Positions 1 through 12,706 of a stretch of DNA of 64,000 nucleotides are shown one piece after another. Below the pieces are notes generated by a model. That model was not told the DNA's origin. It was given only the letters and a program-made list of their open reading frames with translations, and did not search any database. The stretch is from Balanoglossus misakiensis (Eukaryota > Animalia > Hemichordata): positions 11,400,454 through 11,464,453 of the forward strand of contig CM082596.2 in assembly GCA_040954595.2 (NCBI GenBank). The letters are read 5' to 3'. The translations under genes were made by a program, and so were the position numbers. How positions within the stretch are numbered: the first letter of the stretch is position 1; each line of letters starts with the position of its first letter.

Positions 1-493
1 TCCAGCAGGATCCAAGTGTCCAACCATGTCACCCGTAGTGGATTGTTCAACAGTTACTGGTAAGTTGGGCTGCAAATCACTCTTGTGACTTCCCTGTGTT
101 ATAGCATGACATACACAGAAAATTAAACTGTTATGCTCATTGGAGTTGATATTGTGATGCACTTTGAAAAACACAATGATTCCACTGAAGAGGTATTGTA
201 CAGTAACACCGGTGATTACGGACATCTCTCTAATAAGGGATCGTTGGACCAAACCAATCGTTCTTTGAATTTTTTCTGTGATAGGTTCATACTCGCTAGG
301 TTCGGCCACGTCCTTCTGGTTATGAATGCACAACTACAAGTGTCACACAGTGCGCTACAGGGCAGTAAAGTGTTGAAGGAGGTAAGTCTTGAAATCTCTT
401 TTCTTCTGGTCTCGATTTGAACATGGTTCCACAAGTTGTTTACATCACTTGTAGTTTTACATATTTTTTGAGTTCAACAGCTATGCTATACAT

Positions 494-1500
494 GGTGTCC
501 TGAGAAGTCGACCAGTATGAGAAGTCGGTATCGGCCAGTACGAGAAGTCGGCCTGTGGGAGAGAACCCTGGTACTTTGTGTTATATATAACTGTTTCACT
601 ACGAAATGTTTCCTTGATGTACAGGAGCTGAGATATTTGTACAAATAGCCGATGAATTTTAAAACTGTCTGTTCACTTTGCATGTACGTCACCGGGGTAC
701 GTCAACATCAGTCACCTGCACTTCTTGCGCTGCGCCAGTAGTCAGTTCCTCGTCACGTTTGTTTGTTTGGTGTTGTCTCAAAGTATGCATATACACATAC
801 ATCTTCTATGTATTTTAGTAGGCTTTGAAACAACTCCCTGTAAAGGGACAAAGTCTCTCTCTCGCTGCCCTTTTTCCATTAATAATATTTGATACAAGAC
901 ACCATTTATTTATTCTAAATGTGGATATATAGTGAATCAACGTTCAACCACACACAACTTCAATCCAACTTGTAGACACGAGAGTGAAAAACTTGCCAAA
1001 ATGAATAATCGTTGTTTACCATTTATTCATTTTGGCGGGATTTTTACACTCATATCCTACAAACGGGATGGAATTTGTCTGTAGTTGAATGTGGATTCTC
1101 AATATATCCACATGTAGAATAATGTGAACGGTGTCTTGTATCAAACATAATTAATGGAAAAAGGTTTGCGCGAGAGAGACTTTGTCCCTTTAATCAGAAA
1201 TGTCACAGGAATTTGGCGAACAACCTAAGCTCCTTACGCGGATACGGGGCTGGGGAACCGGTACGGATGCCAGACGCCATTATTTGAAATGACGCCATTG
1301 TGTTGTCAAGAATTTGGGAAATCCGTCCAAATGAAAATATTTAGTGCAATTATATTTTATTAAGTGTTGTTATAAGTAATCTGGGTCATCACTGCACTAT
1401 TCGGGTACAAGTTCAACAACTGGCCGACTTCTCGTACTGGCCGACTTCTCATACGCGCGTACTGGCCGACTTCTAATCTGGCCGACTTCTCATGTATTCC
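494..1500. mobile_element. Non-autonomous foldback-type DNA transposon (MULE/Merlin-like; superfamily uncertain)
   Basis: Tandem ~16-bp GAGAAGTCGGCCAGTA units at 502-553 mirrored as inverted units at 1419-1491. GG...CC ends. Flanking direct repeat TATACAT at 487-493 and 1501-1507. Copies at 20049-21055 and 61704-62704. Confidence 0.7.
844..1189. mobile_element. Palindromic MITE, Kolobok-like, nested in the foldback element
   Basis: Ends AGGGACAAAGTCTCTCTC...GAGAGAGACTTTGTCCCT, with long imperfect arms over most of its length. Flanked by GTAA/TTAA. Copies at 20399-20744 and 62054-62399. Confidence 0.8.
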
Positions 1501-1929
1501 TATACATTAGTGAAAATTGGGGAAACTGGTGTTTTTCAGACAACTTATGAAGTCCCTTTCGCAGTATTAACTCTAAAACAGCGGGTGATATTCCTTTTAA
1601 AATTTAACCAAATAAGCATACTTGAACTCTGTCATATCGGCAAAACACTCACTACACAAGCTGCTGTTATTCTACAGACATGACATGTGCTGATTGCGGC
1701 GTAGGTAACTACTGTCCAGATGGGTCAGACAGCCCCATTCCTTGTCCATCAAGTTATTATGCTGACACAGCCACAGATGTATCCTGTACCCCTTGCGATC
1801 CAGGCTGTCAGTGTGCAGCAACATCACCCACTTGCCTGCACATCAAGAACCTACTCTCTGGGACCATCAACAACATGTACTCCCCTTCTACCAGGTTTGT
1901 AGTCGTCTTAGTCGTAAAAACATATTTAA

Positions 1930-2530
1930 GGTGTTGCGCACCTCGAAATAAAGGGTCGTCTGATCATGTTTAAATTAATACTGATGATACTATGACTTCT
2001 AAACATTTAATCTATGGAATAAAAATTGGGGGTCAACCATCTAGAGTTTTGAAAAAGCGCCCTTTATCTAGCACCTCTTTCAGATTTTGCCAGGCTCGTA
2101 GATTTTTGTAAAATGGCCTCAAAAATAAGAATTTTGGGAGGTTTGTCATATTTTTTCACCATTGTAGAATCTAAATGTTCTGAATTATTTTATTTTTAGC
2201 AATTTTGAGATTGATTCATATTCAGTATGATAATCGCATGTCAATACAACTGTTACATTAAAGGAAAAGTTCAAATCCGCCTAAAACCACATTGCATTGG
2301 TACCTAGTTAAGTTGTCCTCACTTCTGACGCAAAATTTTGATGTGCAATGCACGTGTCTGTGAAATTGACGAATAAAAAAATTGTATACCAGTGCAAAAT
2401 TAAAAACTCCCTGTGCAGCCATCTTGGCAACTGCATGCTGGGAAAAGTACTCGGATGATGACGAAAAAGTTTCGGGGTTCCGTGTAGTGCTACCCCGGAA
2501 TACAATGTTGGGTGCAGACTACAACTATGG
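1930..2530. mobile_element. Probable old TTAA-flanked non-autonomous element fragment
   Basis: TTAA|GGTGTTGCGCACC left end; only a weak inverted match (GGTGCAGACTAC) near 2511-2522. Right TSD not seen. Confidence 0.3.
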
Positions 2531-3282
2531 AAAAGAGATGCAGAATGTCATGTGATATAGTAGTGAAAACAAATACACGTTGGTTCACGTATTTCAGCTC
2601 TCAGCAATCAGGGTGCATTGAAAGGCCTTGATTGGTGTGATATTCACAATTGATTATTATAAATACTTACAGTTGTATACTGTTTTATTTTGTAAATATT
2701 GTGTACATTTGCAGCAATGAATCCGTGCGAACACAAACCTTAACCCATGCCGGAATGCTGGTACTTGCCAAGCAATCCAGGGATCTTGTACAGGCGTCAC
2801 ATGTCAATGTGCTGGCTGCTACCTGGGCTTCACATGTGAAACACGTGAGTACAGTACTTTGTCATTTATTAAAAAATCTAAGTGCTGAGGTACATTGTAG
2901 TAATAATAGCAGGTGTAGTCATTATCATCATCATCATCATCATCATCTTAAAGTCAGTCATATGATCGGTAATAAAAACAGTAAAAAACATAACAGAGAA
3001 ATAATGAACGTGTACTGGTGTTACCATAGGTAAGTGTTGTATAAAATTTTGAATTCCTGTCTTCCAGTTCCTAATCCATGCTTCACTAGTCCTTGTCTCA
3101 ATGGAGGTACCTGCCAACAACAGGCAAATTCTTGTACTGCCACCATTGGCATGTGCACAGAGTGTTACTAGGGAACCAGGTGTGAGACAAGTAAGTTTGA
3201 ATCTATAGCAGTTAATAATGATAATTATCATTTTTTTATTATGATTTAAACTTCACTGATGTTGTACAAACACAAAAATAGA

Positions 3283-3750
3283 AATAATAATAATAATAAT
3301 AATAATAATAATTTATTTGTATAGCGTCAGTATCCACAAAAAATGTGATCAATGATGCTTAAAGCAAAAGTACAATACAACAAATGGCTAAAAAACAGAT
3401 TTAAAAAGTAAAGTTTTAACATTTGATTTAAAAACAGATAAGTCTGGTGCCTGGCGAATGGTGAGTGGAAGATTATTCCAAAGAATTGGAGCAGCAACAG
3501 TAAAAGCACGATCACCATAACTCTTGGTGCGTGATCGAACAGGGCAGAGTTTGAACTGATCAGCTGACCTTAAATTGCGACACGGAACATATAGATTAGT
3601 CATGCTAGAAAGATAGATTGGACCAAGTTTATGAATGGATTTAAAAATGAGAACTAACATCTTAAAAACAATACGCTCTGTAACAGGTAGCCAGTGCAAC
3701 TGATACAAAATTGGAGTGATGTGACAGGTGATTTTTGAACGAGTAACAAT
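3283..3750 (-). mobile_element. L2/CR1-clade LINE 3' fragment with (TAT)n tail
   Basis: ORF 3388-3708 (LHWLPV...YGDRAFTVAAPILWNNLP...FKSNVKTLLF) is the typical L2 ORF2 C-terminus. (AAT)n at 3283-3311. Copy at ~22851-23316. Confidence 0.9.
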
Positions 3751-6700
3751 TAGAAAGGGATAGCAGCTTAGCTCTATTCCGTTTCCAAAGTGTTTGTTCT
3801 TTTAAACTACCTGTGCATTTTTTTTATTTATTCTGCTTATGCTAATATGCTAATTTGTTGGTTTGTCACATCACAATTTTTGTAGGAAACTCACCCCTGG
3901 GAATTTTTTTCAGTCACTTACATACATTCATAATCACATGACATTGATGATCATGGAAAATTTGACCCTTTTCCTTGTAGGACTCAACCAGTGTCCACCA
4001 AATCCGTGCCATCTGTCAACCGGCTCGAAATTCCTGCTTTGATCTCACCTGCATATGTACTGGTTGCTACAAAGGTGATAGGTGTGAGATATGTAAGTAT
4101 ACAGCGCAGTCTCTTTTACCTTTTGTCTCTGATGCATTCAAATACTGCATGTTTCCTGAGCATAGGTGTAGCCATCACCACAGCAGAGCTTGGAGAGTTC
4201 TTGACATCGAATGCAAGATTACACTCTTCCCAATCAAAATCACTTTCGTAGCGCATAATGTCTTGATTGTCTTAGTTCAAGAAACATTATGCGCGACTGG
4301 CCAATTTTACTGCCTTTTGTCAACGCACATCCACTATGGAAATTCTCACTCCAGGCCAGATAGTGTAAATTTGCATATGAGTCTACAGGTATGCTTGAAG
4401 TCAAGTCAAGCATTTGCAAGGAACCCTCCTCCAGTACACAGGTCTTTGATTTCATGAAGGGAAGCCCTTGCCTCACAGTCACTGCCACATGATCTATGGA
4501 GGTGTGAACAACTTGATACCAGCCTAATATAAGTTGTAGGCACAATCACTCCACACACCCTTGCCATAATTCTGCACAGCCTTGTGAAACACCCGGACTG
4601 TTAGACAAAAGATGCTTGTTTTGGACGCTGTCAGACTCAGAGGTGCCAAATTCCTGTTTAACTTGTCCAGATGTGTTCCATTAATGATCGCTGCGTTCAA
4701 CCACGTTGCACTTTTCTCGTCTTCTGCGAGATGTTCTAAGGTGTTTGTGACAACTTCACGCAAAACGCGAGACTTTGCGTTAGTTTATACACAGTTTATT
4801 TGCAAATTGGATTATTGGGATTTACCTGGAAATAATGTATGCAAAAGAACATCATTTCAAGAAAAAACTGGAGTTGCGCGTCCTTCTTTCTCTAGTGTCC
4901 ATGGTCAAACAAGTGAGTATATACTTTCAAGACACCCTGCAAACAAACAAGCAATCTTCATTCCGTAGATCTTTAAGCATATTTATGCATTGTAAATTTT
5001 GATGTGAAACTTCAAATTTTATTGGTCTTGTTGCCAAACTTCTGAAGAAATGAGGATATTGTTTTGAAGGGTATTTTATCAGTAGATAACAAATACCATG
5101 GCCCTCCATGCAAATACCCACATGGTAAATTAAAACTGTTGCAGGTGTATTTGATTTCCACATATGGATTACATGTGGGATAATATTGGGTGCTGGCAGT
5201 TTCAGTAAATGAACTGCTCTATTGCTGAGATAACAATAGGTTGCACTTTTTATTGCAGTCCAAGATCCATGCCAGCGAAACAGCTGTCTCAACGGGGCTG
5301 TATGTAATGCAGTGGCCAACTCCTGCACGGCATATACCTGTGCCTGTACTGGTTGCTATGAGGGTAACCGTTGTGAAATATGTAAGTTTCTGACGTACCG
5401 TAAATGACAATCTTTTGGGCACTTTCTCTTCACAGCAATTGAATTGTGTGGTAACTTCTCATTTCTAAAATTTCCCCAAGAGAAAAGAAAGGAAAAGAAA
5501 ACAGAAATTTCATTTGTATGTCTGTGCAATTTAGGATAGGCACGAACTTGTGAGGAAGTGTACGAAGCTGGATGTTTTCATCACTCAAATATACAAGAGT
5601 TGCCTCTTGAAGACTAGTGTCTGTAGAGATAATTGTGCATGTGAGGTAATCTCTCCTAAGGTGGTGCACACATCTGAGTATTAAGTAAAAGAGACGTCCT
5701 TAATTATCCTTACTGTTTGGCTTGAAAAATCAATCTTTAATACTAGGTGTTCTGATTAGAGAGGTGTCCATGAGGTGACTACACCTGTTACTGCCAGTAG
5801 TGTTGGACTGGGGCCATCTGTGCCGTAGGTGTGTCGAATTACTGTTTTATGACACAGCGTGGTATATAAACCCTCATTTTTGGTATTCTCAATGTGATAG
5901 ATGGACCCATACACCAATAAATGGGGTGGAAGCATTACAAAGTTTCATCCTTTCAAAATTTGCTGATGTAGGGTCAAAATTGAGTGTGAGGTGCACGTTA
6001 AAAAGGAAAGCCTTCTGTATCATGTTGATGGCACATTTTTTAATTTTTCAAGATTCTTACAGAAAACTCCTAGCAGCATTATGTTATTTTAAATGTACAG
6101 GTTTGAAACAAGGAATGAAGACATTGCTCACATATATAATTTAAACAAAATGAACATCACAAGTACATGTACAAGTTTTTGACAAGCAGGTCATTGATAC
6201 TTTCATTTTTGTTTTGGCAGCCATTGATCAGTTATACTCTATGCCTTGTCAAAATGTGGTGGCACATGCGTTGCGTGAGACGGCTGTTTCCTGTTTGACT
6301 GTATGTGTACCGAATGCTTCACTGGTGCCACATATACAATGCGTAAGTACAAACCAATATTATTTTATTCAATGCAAAACACTTGTTATGTATTATATAA
6401 TATAAATACGGTACACGTATTAAAGCCCTGGTAACTCAAACTTTGGGCTAGCTTAATGTTATCACTATTTTTGTTTTCGGTTGCAACTGTGGTTTCTTGT
6501 CACACTCTAAAGGATTTGACAGCATTTGGTTTTTCAAAACAGCCCTTTGGTTGTTGTCATGTATACATGTACATGACTGTGGAGTGTAGTTTGTAGATTC
6601 TGTAATTTTGACAATATCTTGACTGCACATCCCACAGCTGTCAACCAGTGTCAACCCATCCAGTGTCGGAATGGTGGAAACTGTGTGCTGACGCCCAATT

Positions 6701-7481
6701 GGTGTACTGAATTCACATGCTCCTGTACAAGCTGTTACTCCGGCGATTTATGTCAGACATGTGAGTGATTTTAAATTTCAGATGAAGAGGAACATAATAA
6801 CATAACACATAATCGGCTTGCAGTTGGTTTCTTCCAACCTGTATCAAACAGTGAATAACGACACAATTTTGGGGAAATTTATTAAGAATGTGTGTGCCAT
6901 AAAATGGGATTGTGTATTTGACCAAACAACAACCTGCACCGTATGGTACACTAAGACACTATTACACCTGTGTCAAAATTTCATTACTTTTCTTTTGTTG
7001 AACATGGAAGAAATTTGTCACAGTGATGTTCTGTTGACCAACTGAGATTTTTACCACTCAACCCTGACTGCACAAATCTGTTTAAAGTATATGTAGTAAA
7101 TATTAACTGTACACAATTTATATCACTTTCTCTTCTGTGCACAGATTTGAATCCGTGTCAGCCCAACCCTTGTCTAAACAGTGGATTCTGCCAGCAAGTG
7201 TCCTGCACCGAGTTCAGATGCCAGAGTCCGCGCTGTTTTGATCGGAACCACGTGCGCTGAACGTAAGCAAACCAGTGTCAGATTTCCCGCACAAAGTAGA
7301 AATCGCTGGGCTTTGTCATTGATATTGTCTCAATAAAGTTGCCTGTGATAGTGCAGCTAACCAAGAGACTTATATGCACTACCGTAGCCATGATGAATAT
7401 TTTCATTGACTCAAATGCTCATCAGTGTGTTGCTATTTTTCCAACCGTAAATTGAAACATCAGAAAGTTATGACATCAACT

Positions 7482-7509
7482 ACCCCCACCCCCACCCCAC
7501 CCCACCCCC
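7482..7509 (-). other. G-quadruplex-compatible (GGGGT)n tract
   Basis: CCCCCACCCCCACCCCACCCCACCCCC on the + strand; shortened in the copy at ~27847. Confidence 0.55.
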
Positions 7510-10269
7510 AACTAGTAAATATTATAAGATGCTGTAATTATGATATAGATGGTAGCACCAAGCTTGGATCAAGTGGTCTTCATTATCCTTCACACATGAA
7601 CATGATCACACGGATGTGCAATCTTCTGACAGTCTGCTACAGATTTCACTTCCCACTCAAGTGTGTAAGACCCTAATGTGATACTTTTCATTTCTCTCAC
7701 CCTTAGCGATCAACCAGTGTCTTCTAAACCCATGTCTGAATAACGGAGTGTATCAGCCACTTCAAGGCTCCTGCTCAATCTACACCTGCAACTGTCCAAC
7801 CTGCTACACTGGGCAAACATGTGTTACATGTAAGTCACAAGTTTTTAGGTCCCATTGGTATGTACCATGGTACCTTATGGGATTGGTTACGTCTGTATGT
7901 ATGGATGGATGGATGGATGTTTGTTCAAATGAAGATGTCATTGCCAAAAATATGCAAATTAGCTGGGAAAATGTGAAATTGGTCAAAACTCAAAAACTGG
8001 ACAACCACTGGTCATATTGATTTGAAAATTGGTATGCATTAACCTTATATCAACCTCATACAATCCTGTATGTTTTGAGCTAATATTATCGATTTCCTAT
8101 TTTTTATGCATTTTTTTGTATTTTTCCATGTTATTGGTAAAAAGTCTTTGAAATTTAGTATGAAGCTTCCTAATGGTTGTCTAAGTAACCATAGTTTTAT
8201 TCAAATTGTTGCAAAATTTGCATATCTATAATTTTGAGTAATAGTTGCCATTTTTGGTCAAAAAATGTTTTTCTTTAAAACCTCATGCCAGATTGCTTTG
8301 CAATTTGGTAGGCATATTCGTAGGGGTAACCTAAATAATTTGTTGTAAAAAAATGTGATATTTGCATAAATGTGTTATCGAGGAAACTTTTGCAATTTTT
8401 GTCAAAAATTGTTTTCTCTGAAACCGCTTGTCCTATTGCATTGAACTTTGGCAGCATGTTCCTTGTAGTGATTGAAGTAAGATATTGTACAATTTTGGTG
8501 ATATTTGCATATTTGTGTTTTTGCCACATTTGAACAAATATTTTCTGTGAAACTGCTTGTTGGATTGCTTTGAAATTAGTTTTTTCTCTGATTGCTTTGA
8601 AATTTAGGATATAATTTCATAACACATACCTGTATATGTGCAACTTTTATTCAATTCTGAGATCAGAAAGATTAAATATTTAGCGAGTTTTTTTGGTAAG
8701 TTTCTTTGTTTTTGGTTAGCAAATCTTCTCCTAAACAAATTGTCCAGTTATTTCTAAAGTTACTATTTACAAGGAGTTGTTACCTCAAACAAAGACATGT
8801 TTACATAACTTAAATAGGCCAGCTGTTACAGAGACCACCAGCTATCAAATTTTAATTACCAGTGGCAGGTCAGTGTGTGTCTGTTCCAGGACTGACTGAA
8901 AGAAGTTGCTTCGCATGTGTATTTGTACAGACAATTTTTGGTCAATTTTTTTTCTAGCACCACTTGTAAGACTGCCAGGACACATGACAGTTTATTGGGC
9001 ATGTTCCTTGTTAATGTTTTTACATTCCATATTTCTACATGGTCAGATCATATCTGCTTGCAAATGTCACCTGTAATTTTTATTCTGGTGTGTCACTGTT
9101 TCCGCATAATCCTCAAATGTCATCAGATATCCGAATGTGATGAAAACAGTGTGTTTTGAGTGTTTTTTAAATGACCTTTTGGGTTAAAAGTGGCAAAAAT
9201 GGCAATTTTGTCTTGAAAGGGGTCAATAAGACTGACTTTTTTTGGAATTAGCACCATATTTTACATTGAATGGACTAGTCTAGGACTTTCCTTACCAAAA
9301 ATTCTGTTTAATCTTCTGTAACATGTATACTAGTATACATGTAGCTGCCTGATAGTTTGCCCTGTGTGTGTAATTGCTGAGTGACATAACGCATTCTGTG
9401 ATTGGTGCAGTCACGTAACCACCAATCAGATCGCTTGTTGTAAGGAGAACTGCACGACCTTTAACCGCATTAGCATACCTGATTTTTAGGGCTCGATATT
9501 ACCTCTGAGGACGCAATATTTAAGTTGAAGTTTTTTTTCTTTTATCATATTAGAGCAAGAAGACTTGTTTTTTATGTAAAAGAAATAGACCCTAATATAC
9601 AGAGTGCATTTTGAAACGATAGGCAGGTCCGGCCCATAGCCTAATTCTTCATTTTTCTGTCATGCGTAGGAATTGATCAGTGCTAACAACCCATGTCAAA
9701 ATGGCAGCACTTGCCAACCCTAACCTCGTGTGTGGCATTGACGTGCACCTGCCAAGGATGCTATACTGGGAGCGCTGTGAAAATTGTCAGTCAGTTTCTT
9801 TTGTCAAATTAATCAATATGTGTGGGACTGTTATACATGTATATAAAACAGAATACTGTGATGGAAAATTCTATAACTTAATGTTTCAGTGGATATATGA
9901 CTTAAAGTTAGCAGGATGCAGTGAATTCAACAGAAAGTGTAATTTCCTCTTGTGTGAGCTCTGTGCGACTGTGCCAATGAAAATCTCACCACAAACAAAA
10001 ATGACAGGTATACACTGTATATTAGCAGCTTTGTCTCTGTAATAGCCATAGTGTTTTGAAGTTGAAAACTTGCAAAGTGTGCAGTTTTATTCACACTACA
10101 AAGGAAACATTGTTGAAACGGATTATCTGTGTACATTGTCAAACTGTACACTTGTCGTGAGATTTATTCTCAATTATATTATATCATGCTACCTTCCGCA
10201 ATTCTGATTGGACGAGAGCTAAATCCAGCGATGCTAAAATACTCAATAATGCACTGCTGGCAGTGGTAA

Positions 10270-11471
10270 AACGGGCTTTCTGTTTGCCACATGGGTTTGT
10301 TCTTTAGGTTGTTGTATGTGTTTACACTCAGCATGTTTATTGTAGAACCAGGGTCGATCAGTGAGGCAACTGCTGTTTGTTCTATTTGCACTGTTACTCG
10401 AGGCCTCCTGCCATTTGATTGTTGTGCAGTGAAGCAGTATTCATCTCCCGAGCTGTCTTCCACTTTATGCACAGCTTTGACAGTTTCATCCTTGTCTACC
10501 CTATTTGCCTTGCCTTTTGATCGGCAGCATTTGGCAAAATGGTTATGTTTGCCACACTTCCTGCATGACTTGCCTTTAGCTGGACATACTGAGTCATGTG
10601 GATAGGTGCCACCACAATAATAACAAGTGGACGGTCCTTTCGCTGGCTGCTGATGAGCTCTCTTTTGTTTATTTGGTTTCGGGCGTTGGTGGCGCTGTTT
10701 TCTGACCGCATTCACTGATGCCGTATCTGCACCATTATTTTGGGTTTTCTCCTCAATCCCACTAGCCTGAACCTCTGATACCTCAAATGAATGGCTGTAC
10801 TCAGTATATTCTCTAGTGTCGTCTCCTCCCGAAGAGCACGACGTCTGAGACGGGCTGATGTGAATCCTCGTATGATTTGTGATTTGACCTCTTGATCCTT
10901 TTTGGTGAAGTCACATATGTTTCTGCTAGGCGTTGCAAACAAGTGTGATAGGCATCAATCGATTCGCCGTTGTTTTGTATGGTGTCTCTGAAGATGAATC
11001 GTTCGTATTCAATGTTCCGTTTGGGTGAGAAGTACGACGTAAGCTTTAATTTGGCTGTTTCACAGCTCGTTCCTGTATCTGGTAGAGTATCAAAGAAGTC
11101 GGAAACTTCCTCACCTGCCCAGTGCAATAGCAGTGCACGTTGTGGCTTGTCATCTGTAATGTTGAATGCGACAAATGCGTTTTCTACTCTAGCCATGTAC
11201 TTTTTCCATCTCGTACTGGTGGTTGTCGGGTCTGAATGAACAGGAAAACTCGGCATTGATGGCTAGCTGATTCTCCATGTTCTCCGTCCTCGTCGCCAAA
11301 TATAGAATCGTGGGTGGGCAATAATGACAACACGAGACACCAAGTCCGGCATGTAAGAGTGAGAGTGCCTAGCCACGTTCACGCACTTTATTCATAATGA
11401 CCCGAATGTTGCATTACGTCATTTTACAGAATGTATAAAGTATAGATGCTCACTAGTGTTTGGACACTACA
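10270..11471 (-). mobile_element. Truncated Gypsy relic: 5' LTR, PBS, frameshifted gag and start of protease
   Basis: LTR ~11301-11471 (TGTAGTG start, AATAAA). PBS TGGCGACGAGGA at 11298-11287, complementary to the tRNA-Ser(GCU) 3' end. Gag pieces RWKKYMARVEN...RNIEYERFIF and CYYCG..H..C/CRKCGKHNHFAKCC. Degenerate protease site LIDPGS. Copy at ~40220-41421. Confidence 0.88.
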
Positions 11472-12706
11472 ATATACATGTGACTGCAGTGTCTTTCCAA
11501 TCATGAATTTGCAAGGTGTCCTTCGGAGAAAATCTTCTGATTCTCTTTTCTGATTTGCTTTGCATATTTAACTTAATGATCTAATGTGTTGGAATTCCCT
11601 GTCTCAAATTTTTGATGATCAGTCTCTGCCCCATTGCTCATCGTCCCAACTTTCTTGTGTATTGAAAACCAGGAATCAACCAATGTGATCCCGATCTGTG
11701 CTTGAAGAGTGGTTTCTGCCAGATGACATCTGGATCATGTGAACTGTACACATGTTTCTGTCAGAATTGTTACACTGGTGACCTTTGTGAACAAAGTAAG
11801 TTTTGATTTATTGTCTTGGGTTAATAATTTATACAGTTCAAAGTATCACCATTTCTTTCAATATGTAGATTTTTTTGTTTTTCTCTACAAGTGTAATCAA
11901 GATCTGCATGAAAATTTGTGTCGCTGTCACCGAACCTAGCTAGTCCATACAACCAACAGTATGAATCACCACCTCATACTGGGCGTAGCCATAGGCCCTA
12001 ACCCTAATAGTTACGTACTTATGAGCATTTATGTTATATATAGTTCAAAGGTCACCAAGGTCATCTGACATTGCGGCGAAATGATTTGGTCCAATAGTTG
12101 TACCTGTCCACCAAAAATCAGCTCCCTAGGTGTATTAGTTAGCGTAGAAATAGATATGTGTTTTTCAAGGTGGGTCAAAGGTCAAGGGGTCACCCGAAAT
12201 TTGGCTTCTCATTTCGGCCCCTTGGTCAGTCCCTGTTCACTCCATAAATGGAGACGTGTTCTGCGCAACCGCAGTACGTGTAACCTCGTGAACTCAGATG
12301 TGCACATGCGTACAGCAGACCCTGTTCACTCCATAAATGGAGACGTGTTCTGCGCAACCACAGCTGGACCTGTGAAAGATCAAATCCGATCGACATATTT
12401 AGTTTCCGTATATTATATTGACCAATGCAGACTAAATCTAATAGAATTACTACATGTAGTATATCGTGTATAATACACACGTTTGGCAATATTGCAGTTT
12501 GAGTGTTAGATGCAGACGTGTATACCCGATCTAAATTTCCGACCTACACATGTACATGTATCACTGTTCACATGTACATACACCGTAACTGCGTTCTGAA
12601 AATGACATGGTATTTTCAAAATGTTACCCCAGATTACCCCATCATGAAACTCACACCCATTGTCCAGCAGTAGTTAGTTGACTATCCTATTCACTCAAAA
12701 CAAAAA

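Larger units (their letters stand above)
1..1894 (+). pseudogene. Decayed exons of a Cys-rich CPAG/GxY repeat protein (GCC2/GCC3, ephrin-receptor-like type)
   Basis: AG/GT-bounded exons at ..59, 285-381 (frameshift, TAA) and 1678-1894 (MTCADCGVGNYCPDGSDSPIPCPSSYYADTATDVSCTPCDPG; 217 nt, frameshifted). Confidence 0.8.
2715..11795 (+). pseudogene. Ten phase-1/phase-1 exons each encoding an 8-Cys EGF-like repeat (fibropellin/Notch-like array), pseudogenised
   Basis: Exons 2715-2844 (frameshift), 3068-3190 (TAG), 3981-4092 (11-nt deletion), 5259-5381 (open), 6221-6342 (frameshift), 6638-6760 (open), 7145-7262 (frameshift), 7707-7829 (open, C>Y), ~9670-9785 (degraded), 11673-11795 (open). All have AG/GT boundaries; modal length 123 nt. 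Confidence 0.88.

Noticed and set aside
2650-3231. Poly-His and poly-Met ORFs
   Set aside because: Translation of an intronic (CAT)n microsatellite; the ORF ends differ between unit copies.
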